From positions 4,650,001 to 4,714,000 of the forward strand of contig OZ234494.1 of NCBI GenBank assembly GCA_965153455.1: a stretch of 64,000 bases of DNA. Direction: 5' to 3'. A program made the position numbers and the translations under genes. Positions 1 through 14,372 of the stretch are shown here, one piece after another. Below the pieces are notes generated by a model, which worked only from the letters and a program-made list of their open reading frames with translations, ran no database searches and was not told the origin of the DNA. The DNA is from Sphagnum compactum. Lineage: Eukaryota. How positions within the stretch are numbered: the first letter of the stretch is position 1; every line of letters begins with the position of its first letter.

Positions 1-123
1 GAGTCACTGATGTTTTTTCTGGACCTTTTTTTGTTTGAGTCTATGGAGAAAAGTGACAGGGTCAGTTGCTTTGGAAAAATCTTTAGAGCAGTGACGTGAC
101 TTTTTTGTTACTTGGAAATACAG

Positions 124-961
124 GAGCTGCAGAGTGATGGTAATGTGCACTTAAAGGATTTTTTCCTTGTAGTGCCAGCACTCATGATAAGTGCAATTGA
201 AGCAATGCTGCAAGCTAAAGACAAGCTCTTCAAACGCAGCCGCACCTCTGCAGATTCCCTCTTCACAGATGATGGTTTTGTCCTTGGAATTGCCTATCTT
301 CTTAAGGTGGGATATTCATTGCTGCCCATCCACCAAATTTTGGTTTTCAAATGAAGAGCTGTAATCCATCACTAGGACCAACAAGGACCACACTCTTTGA
401 AGCTCCATCGATGTGGTATTTTTTATAGTAACAATTTGTACAACAGAGTCTGCAGGTGAAGATTGTCACAAATGTGTTTTACCCATTTGCCAATGCTTTA
501 TCCTGCATGACAACAGGTGCTAGGACAAGACAAGCAGTTTGATTCACTGCATTGGTTTGAGAGTGCAAGGAAACACTATAGGGCTGAGAAGGCACGCTTG
601 GAAGAAGGCCTGGACACTGACAGTAACACCAGTGGACTCCCTGGCCTTCAGATATGGAGCCAAAAGCTGGCATCCATTTCTGACGCAGATGTCCAAAACA
701 TGCAGCTGGTCTGTCTCCATTTCCTACCTCCACATGGATTTGTAAGTGTGTATTGAGATCTTTTGGAATCACTGGAAGGTGCAAGCAAGCAAGAAAAATT
801 GCAGCATGGGTTGTGTGTGCTTGGGAATTTCTCTGGGATGAGAAGCTGTGACATCTTGGTGGGTGGGAAATTGCCAGGCAGTGAAGCGAGTGGCAAGCTA
901 CTTGATGGAGCTTGAGCTTACTGACTACAACCTGACCGGAGCCCGAATATTCTTTCTATGA
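124..961 (+). CDS. WASHC4: WASH complex subunit 4 (SWIP/KIAA1033/WASH-7) homologue, 3' end. Exons 124-306, 517-708, 878-961; the 5' part lies upstream of the window
   Basis: The spliced translation ELQSDGNVHLKDFFLVVPAL...FTDDGFVLGIAYLLK|VLGQDKQFDSLHWFESARKHY...QNMQL|AVKRVASYLMELELTDYNLTGARIFFL* matches the remembered SWIP C-terminus (FTDDGF.MG.AYILK, FDSLHWF, terminal ARIFF). All junctions are AG/GT in phase 0, and the TGA is at 959-961. Confidence 0.9.
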
Positions 962-1484
962 GGAGGTAAACATCATCAAAGCGTTTTGTGCGCAATTTTC
1001 TCTCACTGATATTAGACACCAAGTTCAGGCGAGTACATACCCAACAAAAGACATCAGGTGAGTGTGTGCCAACCCACATGGGTATCTTGCATCTGTAAGG
1101 ATACAGTGAGTTGAGCAGACACTTCACACATTCATTATGGACTGTGTTCACTGTGACAAACTTGTAACTATAGTTCTGGTTCTTCTAAACCAGATGACTA
1201 GGACAGAATTCACCTGGCACATCCTTAACAACTCCTTACTGATGATGCCCTTTACCAGGAGATCCATCCATCAGATCTTCTTATTGTTTGAACTGGAAAA
1301 ATCCAGACTGTTGTCCTGAATCCAGATCAACCTTCTGATCTGAAATTGGATAGTCCATACATTGTCTAGAGCTAGATTTGTGAACAGAGGTAGTTGGTTC
1401 TGAGAAGGGGCATTATGTTGGAGTTCCCCACAGTGATACCGTCACCTAACTCAATGGAAACCTGATTGAATTCATTCCCTGGAT

Positions 1485-2225
1485 CCAACATGGATGAAGT
1501 TGATGACACAAATGCAGTGGTCATACATGTGAATGAAAATTGATTTTGTTGATGAATCTCATCTCTTGGATGAATGTGTGTACAATTTGTTTGATGACTG
1601 GTACCTTGCACGAATGAAATTATGTTCTTGGATGAAATTATCACACATGAAATTGACCATATGAACCAAAATAACTACAGGAGAAAGCTAGATGGTAGAG
1701 CATATTGTATTCATGGATGAACTTTCTCCAGATGGATGCAAGTGGTCATATGGATGGAATTTTGAAATGGATGAGCGAATTATCCTTAATATGAAATTTT
1801 GATCACAAGGATGAAACATGTAGGGATGAAATTAATGACATGGAAAATCAGGCTATATGAACTGAATTGATAACAAAGACTAATAGGAACACATGGATTT
1901 GGAAAACATGATGAAATTGGGCATTAGTGAAGATGAAAATCTGTCAATGGAAATCGATGTATGGATGATAAAAAATATCACCTAGATGAAATTCAATTTA
2001 ACATGGATGGACTGTAACCACATGGATGCAATTGGCCAATATGGATGAAATTACATTCATGGGTGAATGTCACCCATCATCCATATCCTTGAATTTGATC
2101 TGCATTGCCAGTAACATTATTTATGTTATTAGCTTCATCAATGATCTTAGTTCCATCCACACAATAATCTTTCCATCCATGTGCTTGATTGCAACATTTG
2201 TGGTCTATTGTCTATTCCATTGGTA
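1485..2225. repeat. Degenerate minisatellite-like array with (A)TGGATGAAA core
   Basis: More than 15 TGGATG/GATGAAA occurrences at irregular ~20-45 bp spacing, switching to the inverse CATCCA after ~2070. Confidence 0.6.
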
Positions 2226-4599
2226 TGAGTTACAGTGTACATTGGAAATAAGAACTTAAATTGGTTTTACAAAGTGTTGGGTGACATGGCTTTTTGGTGC
2301 TGTGAAATTGGAAATTAGGGTTAGGTTTTAGGCTTCACCAAGAGGGTGCATCTGCTTCCATATGTATGGCTGTTTGTTTTGTTTAGGGTTTAGGGTTTAG
2401 GAGTTGTTTTTAGGTCACTAAATGGGCTACCATTGCAACCTTCTGGGCAAGATATTATTTTGGATTTTCCTTTGCCTTTTTATGCATGTGACAATGAAGA
2501 TTTATGACTAAAAAATTGTTGCACCAAGGATAGGGGATATTTGGATACATGCTTCACAAAAATTTTAATAGATCATTTCATTAGAATTTTTTTCCTTGTT
2601 GAGTATAAAGTTGTTTTCTATAGATGTTAAGGACATACAAAAACATAACCCCATTATATAGTTTTCATAAATATATATTTAATGTGAATAAAAAATTCTT
2701 GGAATCTTTCATGACTTTTGAGAAACATTAAAGGCAACATATAGTTTTCAATAAAAACCTAAAGGGCTTAGGGGACATTTATAAGATATTTACAACTTCT
2801 TGACATTGTCTATATAAATCAGAAGAAGCACTTAGGTTTCATTATTAACTTTTGCCAAAAAAACTAATTTTTAAAGGCTTTATGTTGGACCCCTTGGACC
2901 CATAAGAAGACTTCAAACACAACTTCTTATGAGGTAGTATATTAAATGGCCTTTAAATCTTTTCTATTCACTAATGTCAACGATCATTTAAAAATGTTTG
3001 AACCTTGTGTTGTGAAGTAGATTTTGAACACCCAATAAATATGGAGATATTTACTTAAAAGGCATGGCGTTCTTGATAATTTTTCCTTTTCTAAACTTTG
3101 AATTAGTTCTTATAGGATTTAATCATTGTCCTAAGGCTCAACTAAGTTGTCCCTTTAGAAATCTAAGAACAATCACCTTATATATATATATATAGAGAGA
3201 GAGAGAGATTTTCTTGCAATTAATTCACTAAAACCTACCAAATATGTACATACTTTAACCACCTCAAATCTTAATCAAACAATGGTATAATTTCAAAAGA
3301 GCCTCCTATAGTAGGTTTACTAATCAAACCCTTTCACTTCTAGCTTCCATTCAAACATATCCAACAATCTATTCATCACCCTTAAATCTTTCAAGTTCTT
3401 TCCTTCACCTTTTTCAAGGATCTTTAGTAAGGATCTTATTTGGACTATTGCCATGGTTGAATTGGCTCAACAACACTTACCTCTTAGATCAATTCTACCT
3501 TTCACTTTCCTTAGGTATTTTGAAACTACAACAATCATCCTAGATACCATGTTTTTTCAAGTGACTTTCTTCTTGTGTTATATTTCACATATATAATACC
3601 TTCCTTGTTCATGCTCTTTTACTTAAGATATTTCCCTCCCCCCCTCCGGGCAAGTTCACCAACCAAAGAAAGGAACTATGCAACAAACATACATAACTAG
3701 AGTTTGGGATCTACATGCGTTAAACAACCATTTTTAAGGGGTAATAGATAATTGTCCAACTATTTTTTATCATCCTATTATTATTTAATTATTTATTATA
3801 TATACATATTAAAATCACCTTATATTAATTATAATCCATTATTTCAGATTATTACATACCCTATATTATAATTAAATTAATTATTTGAATAAAATGTACC
3901 CTATTTTTAACTAATTAACTTATGCTTTTTACCCAACAACCGATATATTGCACCCTATATTTTTACTAACTTATTTCCTACTTTTTTTTTACTATTGTCC
4001 CCCTTGGGAAGTAGGTTCAAACCAATGTTGGTTGGGTTAAGGTCTTTTTAAGGAACCGTTGAATCCAAGTTTAATGTTTCTTATAAAAAAAAATGACTCG
4101 TTAGTTTTGAGTCCAATAGAAACCCATCAGTTCTAAGGCTAGGTCTAACTTTTTGGATTGTTTTTCTAGGTTGACGGTTACAAGTTTTATGAAGCTTATT
4201 GGTTCCAATTTCAAGGTGTGCTAGTTCTAATTTTTTTAATTGTCAATACAAATAGATTTAACAAGAGACTTTTTTCAAAATTTTGATTATGAACTTCTTA
4301 TCACTCACCCTATTGCCCCCTAAATTGCTACCATGAACATTGTTAGATTTGTGCACTAACTTAGACCCACAAAACTCCAAAATTGAAACCAACAAAGGTT
4401 CCTATTGCTCCATCATCCCTCACAATGATATACAAAAGAAAAAACTTATTCTTAATTACATAGTTGATAACCGCATAACCATTGTCCTAATAGTCATGCC
4501 TAACACATATATTGTCATGTTACCATTTCGTTATCAATTTAAAACTTTTGAAATTCATGTATTTGTTTGGTGTTAGCATAATTCAGTCCTTAACAATAT

Positions 4600-4980
4600 T
4601 TGTCGGTGAAGATCCTTAATAACATCATGAATGGGTTAGTTGACATGAGAACATCAATGTTGACCGTGTTAACAAGCATGGATAGAAAGCTAAGTTTGAT
4701 GCATAGAGTGACAAGAATATATTCATACAAAACTATTTTGGGGTCATCATTCAAGCATTGTGTTGCTTCGATGAAATTGTTAATTAAGGTGGATTGTGAA
4801 GTACGTTGCAACATGACATTTATGGTGGTGGATGTGGATAGTTATGATGTGTTATTGGGATTTCATTTTTATATCAAAATTGAGATTGTTATTGATGTTG
4901 AACAAGGCTTAATATAGGTCAAACAAGGTCCCATAATTAATGTACATGTATTAGTTTCAAACATGGATAAGATGTTGTGA
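4600..4980 (+). mobile_element. Decayed Ty3/gypsy aspartic protease (retropepsin) fragment
   Basis: GLVDMRTSM (degenerate D-T-G-A-S)...MTFMVVDVDSYDVLLG..F..KI..VIDVEQGLI is a typical retropepsin C-terminal pattern. The catalytic motif is mutated. Confidence 0.7.
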
Positions 4981-7064
4981 ACCATTACAGGGAATGTAAA
5001 ATTGCACACCCTATTCAATTGACACAATTGGAAAAATTGGAAAGCAAGTTTAGTGGGACGTAAACATAATATACTTCTATTGAGGTGTGAAAATAGATGG
5101 ATGATATAATGCTACTTGACCAAATTAATTCAATGATACAAGATTTTCAATCCAAAAAAGAATGGATGAGATTCAAAGCACAACATATGATAATTAATTA
5201 AGATTGATCTTAATGGAAGAATGAAAAAAAAATGTTAAACTAATGATTTTTGGACTTAAGGTTCATTGCAAGTTGAAGGTCCAAAACAAATTTTGAGTTT
5301 AATCTTTGATGAACAGAGTCTTTTTTTTAAGATCCTTTATGTGAATTTAAGAATTATGTAGATCGGATATGATGTGTTTCAAAAGATGAAATCACAACCC
5401 ACCAAACAAAAGCATGGACAACACCAACTTCTTCAAGTTTTCTTTAATTCTTTCTCAAATCTTTTAACCCACTAGAAATTAGATTCATGATTGTTTTGAG
5501 AGACTCAAAATTATGTTATTTTATCAAACCCATATCTCATAAATTTGTCACTATTCGCAACTTTTCAAGTTGTCCAACTTGATTGTCTTGTCTATCTTGA
5601 CTAAAAAATTGTTTAGTTTCATTGGAAACTCATGGTTGCTAAAGTGAGATGCATCTTTTGACCAATTTAATTAATTAAAATGAACTTTTAAACTACTTGA
5701 TCAATGTCACATTTAATCAAATATGACAAAAAAATTGGACATCTCTAGAATTTTAAAGGACAAGATTGTAATAAACTAAAACATGAAGTCAAATGGGACA
5801 TGTGCATAATTCTTAAGGCATAGTTTCTACTACATTCCCTTTATATATATATATATTTATTTATTTATTTAATATTATATTTTTAATAACACTTTAATGT
5901 ACATTGTTAATTAGTTACAATGTGATAAATTGTATGATTGTCTAAACCATGTTTTTAATAAATAAAAGATCTTATCATAAAATTTTAGGAAAATGTTAAA
6001 TTTTATTGTAGGTTTCATTTAATAAAAATAAAAAACCCTATAAATATGAAATTGAATATTCATTACGTGAAACCAAATATTATTTCATTAATATATTATT
6101 TATTGTTTAGTTAATTGGTTAAAATGGGGGAAGGTAAATAGGTATTTAAGTTGTAGGTAGGTTTTAGGTAGGTAAAGAGGAAGTTAGTATGTATGTAGTT
6201 GGAAGGTGGGTAGGTAAGTATAAATCAAGTAATGAAAACATATTTTTCTTGAAGAAATATTTTTTGAGTTGTTTAATTACAAAATACAAAAGCACATTCC
6301 TTCAAATGAATTGAATTTTTGTATGTTTATTTATTATATATGTAGATCCTTGAAAATCATTCAAGAATTAATTTTCATTTGCTTCATTTGAGCAAAAACT
6401 GAGAAAGAAAATGCATGTCAAAATTTTAATTTGTAAAATGATTTGGGGAAAACATGTTATATTTGTTATTTGACACATTATGTTACAAAGTCATGTAATG
6501 GCTAGTTGGAAAAGGGCATTGGCAATTAGGTATTTAGACCAAGCTTCAATTTTTGTTACCAACATATACCATGTTATATATATATTGAAATAGATACACA
6601 TTCTATGTTTATAGATGTATATATATGTGCATAATAAGGTAGGTAGGTAACTATGTATGGTAAGTAGGTGAATAAATTTATTATTATATTTCAAAAATTA
6701 ATTTTAAAAAAGGAATCACATTTTTTCATTTAAAACAAATTTGCTACCCAAATTTTGTTGTCTCATTCAACCAATCAAAAAGCCACCATTTTATTAGTAA
6801 AAAAACATTGAATATGGAAGTATCAAAATTGACTTGTTCAAAGTAATTGCTCAGTCAAGATGAAAAAATAACATTTTTGTTCTTTTGGACCAATTTTTGT
6901 AATCAAATAAGTTGTGCATTCTTATAGTGTGTAAACATTTGGGGGAACAACAAATATCATCATCACCCAATCCAAGATTTTTTCTCAAAAAATTTGACAT
7001 TCTTATAAACAAAATCTTGAATGAAGGAAAAACAACAAACAAACAGCCACCAATGTGCATGCAT

Positions 7065-7430
7065 TAATGAATGAAACCTTCATGAGGCTTGAATGAAAAA
7101 CCAATGTCCATTAGTATATAAGTGGATTAAATCTTCAACAAGCTTGAATGATGAACCAACACTCATTAATATATTATATCAATGGAATGAAACCTTCAAC
7201 CATGCTTGAATTGGAAGCTAGCACCCACCAAGGTATATATATATAAATGGATGAAACCTTTGACCATGTTTGAGTGAAAAGCCAACATTCACAAAACATT
7301 GATGGACAAAACCTTCAACAAGATTTTGAATGAACTAACATCCATTTGTACAACAACAAATGAACATTCGAATGGCCTCCAACAAACCAACACCCACCCA
7401 TTAGCACATCAATGGATGGAACCTTCAATA
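7065..7430 (+). repeat. Degenerate tandem array (~55-65 bp unit, ATGAAACCTTCAA...GCTTGAATG...CCAAC)
   Basis: About six recognisable units, starting near 7068, 7122, 7181, 7247, 7301 and 7411. Confidence 0.6.
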
Positions 7431-10224
7431 TTCATAAAATAACTCATTTTTAAAAATATGTATCAATATGATTATACTTGGAAAAATTGCATGGGAACTT
7501 ACAACTTGTGTAAGATCTAGCTACATTACAAAAGTAACTTCCGAACGCTAGAAATCCTTATTCTTCAATTTATTTTTTATGCCTTTCTTTTCTTTTCTTT
7601 TTTTATTTATAAAAACCTCTTTAAACAACTGAATGTTTTCTAATCTAATTCTACATGATAGAAAATGTGAAGTACAAATTCAAAACACTTTGCAATTTTA
7701 TTATTAATTTATTTGAATAAAACAAATTGAGGATGAATTTATTTGCAAACCACCAATGGCATGGCAACAATTGAATTCAACTTCAATTCCATGGTGGCAA
7801 TTGATTCAATTCCAATTGAATCAATGAACTTCTAAACAATATATTTATAAACTAATAGGTGCAATTGACTCAAAGTTCAAATTAAGTTTGTTTATGAAAT
7901 TTGTAACTCACAATACAATCTAACATAATCTTGAAAATCCAAAGCTTGTCACCAATGAATCACATTACTTTCTCCACTAGTTATGTTGTGAAATTAGGAA
8001 CACTATTGAGATCAACAAAAAGTTGATTTTTATTGAACAATTATGCAAATGACAAGAAATGACAAAAGATGACAATGTTTATATTAACAACTTCAAATGG
8101 CTGACAACCATGAATAACAATCTAATCATTATTCATACTTAGGAAGTTCATTATTAGAAACTTCATTTTATAAACCATCATCAAGTTCAACATGGGATTT
8201 CCTTGTTTGTAGAACATGGATCTTCTTCGTATCACCATTTCCTATTCTCAAAATGATCATGATGTCACACTTCTCATATCATTCTAACCAAAAATCTATT
8301 CAACAAAGTGATGATTACCTTGTTCATTTTCAACAATTGGTCTAAAGTTCAATCCATTCCACCATTTGTTATTCTTGCTTATTTGTTCAATCTCACTTTT
8401 ATCTCTACTACTACTAAGCCTTAGTTAGAGGGTAATCTATATAGTAACTCAAAGGAAAGAAGTAAAAAATTATAAATTTTATTTTACTCATAGTCATTTA
8501 TTATTATTTTAATTTATGGCACATTTAAAGTTTTGCAATCACATCTAAGAAATAAAATTCTAATTCCATTTAAACAACTTATAGTTGCACATAAGTTATT
8601 ATAGTTGCAACATAGAATAATTTATTAATTTGTTTTATTTACAATCACACATAAATCTTGTAAAAAACAATGCAAGAAATAAATTTGTGATTCATTTTTC
8701 ATGGTCACATTATAATGAAATTAATTCATTATATTCATGGTTGCATGTATTTTGGATATGGTCAACTTTGTGTGTGTATGGTTTTGTTTCACCTTTTTTT
8801 GGGGGTTTTGGTCACATGTATTGTGGCTCTTAGTTGCCTGTATTATTATTAATGTTATTGGGTTTCTCAATTTTGATATTCACCTGTATATTGGGTGTTG
8901 TTTACATGCTTGAAAGGATTTTGCTTCAAGGTTTCTTTGTTTTAATTAGGTTTATTCTGGGTGTTGGTTGGATGTTTAGAAGATTCTTTAAATTACTTTT
9001 CTTCAGGTTTCTCACTTTTGGTTGTGTGTATTTGGGTTAAGGCCACATGTTTTTTTTCCTTCTTTTTTTAAGTGTAGTGTTGGTGTCCGATGTAAGTTTT
9101 AATCAAGTATTTATACAATAGCACATGCTGTAGACTATATTCCATCATACATAAAAATAACAGCACATTATTGTGGTAACAAAATTTATCTTCAGTTAGG
9201 CCAGAAATGTTTCTATAGTGGACTCCACATGACAATAGAATCATGCAATCAATATATATTCTAAGTTGAACTGTGCAACCTTCAAACAAGATGAAACTTA
9301 ATACAAACTTGCTGTTTCTAGACTAGTTCAACCTTAGCTTCACATACACAACTTCCTGCAAATGATGAATGCTCTAAATTAAAAACAAATGCTGCTGCAG
9401 AGACAAAAAGAACCCTTCAGTCTAGTTCCTGGAACAGAACAGAGAATGGCAAGTGGGAGAAAGATATAGCAGCTACAAAGCCTTTTACGGCAAGGAAGGA
9501 AACACTTGTACCTGGCAAACCCACCCTCCTCCATCTTCCTCTGTTAAGCTCTCTGACTAGTTTCCTAGTGTATTCCACTGGCGCCTTATATGCATGGATA
9601 TTATTATGTCCACTCGTAAAGACTTGCTCCAATTGTTTTAGTGTAATCAGAGGGCATATTACCAGGCGTATTTTTTGCTTCTTTGTTTGGGGGAGTTTTG
9701 AACATGGGTTCAGTTTTTCAAAATGCCTTCAATTTTCTTTGTTTTTCCCCATCATACCAAGCAGGAAAAATAATCAGAGCAGGTCTTTACACTTGGTGAT
9801 GCCCTCAACCTTTGGCTTTAACTTACACCTCATGAGCTCATACTCTTAAGGAGAATGCATAAGAATCATCCTCTTTAACCTTGTGATCAACATAGATTAG
9901 ATTCATGATAACCTTTGTCTTGTGCTTCACAATGGATAAAGCCCAAGGGTGGAGGACATGTACCACCTTATCCTCTTAGAGCATCTCTAGGAGACCTCAG
10001 GATGTGAGCTGCAAAAATATTGCTCACATCCAAGTTTAGTTGTTAACTTTTTTCCAACCTCACCCACAAAACTAAAACAGGGACTGTAGATAGTATGTCC
10101 CCTTTGGTACCTACATATGGAACATAACTTATTAGCTTTTATGTGAGATCCCTAATACCTGTCATAAGAAACTCTCTATTGCAGGGGAATATGTATGGTT
10201 AACATATGCCTCGTACATTGCAAA

Positions 10225-10799
10225 TCTATCTATGACGGAAGCTAGTTTGTTTTGTTTTTTAGTTATGAGATCCACCGAACCAGGATGCTTCAGATCGTGT
10301 TCTTGGTGTCTTTGGAAAGCCCTCGACAAGGAGGGGTGCATGGGCTTGGTTCCATGACTTTTTTGACTTGCCGTGCAAAAGTTCTTGAATATTGAATGAT
10401 TTTTTCACTGAAAATTCAATTAAGTCGTAGCTGAAATTTTTGGAGGAATTGGAATGTGCCTTTGGTGTTGTTGAAAAGATCTTGATGATTTAAAGGAATT
10501 TATTTGGTAAGTTTTGGATTCAGAATGTGGGAGATATTGATTTTTAATTGCTTTCTGTCACTGAAAATTCAAATGAATTCCAAAAAACCAGGTTTTGGAA
10601 GGAAAAATCAGTTGAGGATGTGGTAACACTTGAATGTCTACCATTCAATTCAAGTAGAAGGAATTGTGAAGGGCCTTTGGTGTTGTTGGAAAGATCTTGC
10701 CAAGGGATATAAGTATACCTTGCAAAATAATGACATATGTTGTATCCACCCTACAATCTAATGAGTTCACACTTGGGTTAACGGCACAGGCCACACTCG
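10225..10799 (+). mobile_element. Helitron-like interspersed repeat (related degenerate copy ~16925-17150)
   Basis: A|TCTATCTATG start and ...GGCCACACTCG|T end (CTAG variant). It has an internal duplication (GGAATT..GCCTTTGGTGTTGTTG.AAAGATCTTG at ~10446 and ~10660) and shares TTTGTTTTGTTT...AGGGGTGCA blocks with the second copy. Confidence 0.4.
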
Positions 10800-13700
10800 T
10801 ATGTATGATGACATGAAATTTGTTCTCAAATTGGTTGAAAAATACCTAGCTAGTGGAATGATTTTGAAAACCCAGGCGACAATACTACAACATTGCATGG
10901 ACATTGTTTCAATGTCAACATTTCTCAAGAGGATTCCATCTTTAAGTAGACTTGTATACTGGTACTTAACAATTTTAGTTCAAATTTAGATTTTTGATAG
11001 ACTTTTCTTGGGGTGGTGTGAGGGACTTTGCCATACTTGTTGATTTTTGGTGTCATTGAAAGTTATGAAAAAAATTCATATGATGTTGAAATAGTTTAAA
11101 GGAATTCATTTTGAATTGCAAACCACATCTATGAATTTTGGAGAAAACATGGTATAATTTTATTACAAGCCATGACAATAGGGAGTCCATTTTCAATTTT
11201 TAGAAGGATTATAACATTATAACTTGTTTGTAGTTAAAAGTCCCCCATTTGATATAAAACTATTGACTTCAAATTATTCCCCTTATGTCTCACACTAGAT
11301 TATATAAATATCATATGATTAAGTTCACTTTCATTTTTAAAAAAATTGACATAAAACACATTTTAATTCATAAGGGGGAAAAAATGACATTGCAAACTCC
11401 AAAAATGGACATTCTAGCTTGTAAATACCCAATATAACCTTGTATTTCTATAAAGATTTCTAACACTTCTCAGCTTGTTTTCAAGAATTGGCTAACTTGT
11501 GGCTTAGCAAACTAGATGAAAATAATTGATCTAAGGAGAACACTAAAGTCCTTAGCCTAGTTCAACAATGCATAACCATGCTAGGTACTTATAATCATTT
11601 GGTGTTGAACCAAGTTGGATTTACTTATTTGTTGAAGGTAGAACTTTGTTAGATAGTTAGGCCAAAAATAAAATAAAAATGGTTAGAGCTATTGAAGAAC
11701 ATATATATGAGAGTAGATTATGCATGAAAACAGTTGTTACAAATATTGAGGAGAAAATATTCATGTAGGTGAGATGTCTATAAAATGTTACTAAAACTAT
11801 TGAAATTGATGAAAACTAGGTGTTTTAATTCATGCACTTAAATGAGATATGATAACTAGGGGTTGAAATGTTATATTCTATTGAGTACATGGTATTGAAT
11901 GCACAAGTTTGAAACAAGAACCCATAGTTGATTGTTTTATTGAAACTAAATTAGATCAAAATTGTAATAAACATCTCCCATGAAGAATAATAGGTAATAA
12001 TTGAATTGGCTTCAGAATATCCATTTCAAAATATTTTCAACATCACATTGTATTCAAAATTCTTTCACATGAATAATAGATTTTCAATAGACTTATTATA
12101 TCCACAACAATGAGCAAACATGTGGAAACCAATTTTTTTTTTCAAATTTCTCATGTTGTATCATATGTGAACATCCCAAGAATGATTTAGCATTAAATGG
12201 CAACATGTTTGTAGAACTTGTCCCAAAAAGTAGAAATCTAGTAGAAACGAGTCCCCACCCCCAACCCCCCAATCCAAGGGGAATGTGATGAAAAATTTCA
12301 AAAGAATTTTTTGGGCAAATTTGCCCCCAAAAAGAGGAATATGTGACAAAATATTCCATTTTCATTTTTATTTCCACATTTGTGTGAAATTCCGCCCAAA
12401 AAATGTTCTTTGTGAAAACATGTTCTTTGTGATGCCTTTGTTCCTTTTGCCATCAACTTGGCCTTTCATGTGGTTTGCGAAATATGCCATTGATCCCACA
12501 TAAACATATTTCTTCTCCATACAATTTTTATGAAAGGGGTTATACCTTTAGAGGTTGCATGTGCACAAGAAAAAGCTATGAAGATAGTGTCCTTGCAATT
12601 ATAAAAATGGCTTTTAGCCACTTGACCATTTTGTTTTGCATGAAAAGTATGAGAAAAAAACATGATTAAATTGTTTCAATCTTGTTGTGCTTGGTGATTC
12701 TTTTTTGTGCACCTTGCACGCACCGCCTAGGCCTGCCTTTGGCCTAGTTATAATTTTTTTCCAAATGAACTTCACACCTTGGCCTTTGTTTCTACACTTT
12801 CAAGCCATATGAAATGAAGATCCTCCATGCATATAAACAAGCAAACCGAAACCATCAGCAAAATCGCATTTGGCACATTAACCTCACCCATGAGAATTAA
12901 CCAAACACAGCACTTTCGAACATAAATATTCCCCTAGCTTGATGACTACCTCTCACCTTGGATTGACAAAAACAACATCAATTGGCACCACATAAACACT
13001 AATATTTTGGCTACCTGATTGATGGAACTTGTTGTAGACATATCTGGCAAGAATTTTGCAACTATGTACGCACAAATTTTTGTTGCAAGTGAGGAGGGCT
13101 CTTGAAGGCTTTAAGGGTCTTGTTTTCCTTTGACAGGCTTTGTGGCTTAATGGCTGCTTTGGAGCTGATTGATGAAACCCTGCCAATCATAAATAAACCA
13201 AAGCACCCAAAGAAGGGGGAATCAAAGGAACAAAATGGAAGGACCCACGTCCCAGAAGACAAAAGAATCACCCAAGAGGGTGAACCACAAGGGGAACATC
13301 AAGTTGCTGAACCCCCTGCTGTCTGTCGCAAGAAGCATATCAAATAAGGAAAGGGGAGGACCGCCTGAAAGGATGCCTAGTCTAAAAGAACCTTCACCTA
13401 CTACTGCAACAGCACGTCTCAAGATTGTTTATGCACCCTGTAACACCACTGACACCCTCTGCCTCTAAAATGTGCATAAAATCGAGAGAGGAGGGCCTCC
13501 AGTGGCCTAATTGTTTTGCAACTGTGCACAAATTTTTGTTGTTTGGTGTGGAGCACAATTTTGTAGCATAGCTCCATGTAGGTAGCAGCCTTTCCTCTAA
13601 AACACACCACTGTCATGAGGTGTAATGACTGAGTGATGTTTTGGTGATGATAATGGAGTGTGCACTGTTTTTGGTGGTATGCTAGTGGATTCTGCTTAAG

Positions 13701-13898
13701 TGGGCCTTCTTGTCTGGTGGATTGATTCATCCCGCACCGGGCTGGTATTGGGGAATGATAATGACTGCCAAGGCTGAGGAGGGTTGGGGTAAGTAGTCCT
13801 ATGTAAGGGACATTGCCCAAGGAAGTCAAGGGTGTTACCAGATATATAGGTACCATCTGAGGTGGCAGCTGTGTGGTAGTAGTGCCTGGTTACGGCTT

Positions 13899-14372
13899 CA
13901 TCCAAGGGCTTTACTGAGCATAAGGCAACTGCCTCTCCCGTGATTGATGTGTACAGATGAACATTTCAGAACAAAAAAATGTTCCTCCATAACAATGTAA
14001 GTTCATCCCTCCAGTGTAACCAAGTGGATCATACCTTTTCAAGGTGCACTCCAAATACCCTGTGAAATTTGTGGCATTGCTTTACGTGATATAGGTAAGG
14101 CTTGAGGTTGAGGGCATTAACGAAGATAAAGGTATGTCCATGGCAGCAGCTGAAGTGGTGCCTGCATTCTGGTTACATTCTCATCCGAGGGCTTTACCAA
14201 GCATAAGGCAACTGTCTCCCCCAATCAACTTGTACGGATGAACATTTAGTTTCTGAGCAAATTGTTCCTTCTTAAAGACAAAGTAAGATCCCTCCCTCGG
14301 GTGTATTTGAGAGAATCTTACCTTTTTAAGGTGCACTGCAAGTACACTGTGAAATTTCTGGCTGTGCTTTAC
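13899..14372. repeat. Diverged direct duplication (~190 bp; 13899-14085 and 14182-14371)
   Basis: The blocks CATCC.AGGGCTTTAC..AGCATAAGGCAACTG, GATGAACATTT and AAGGTGCACT...CTGTGAAATTT occur in both copies. Confidence 0.75.

Noticed and set aside
2315..2402. TTTAGGG repeats (also ~24078-24093) as a telomere or fusion scar
   Set aside because: Only 2-3 units are present, and such short interstitial motifs are common in plant genomes.
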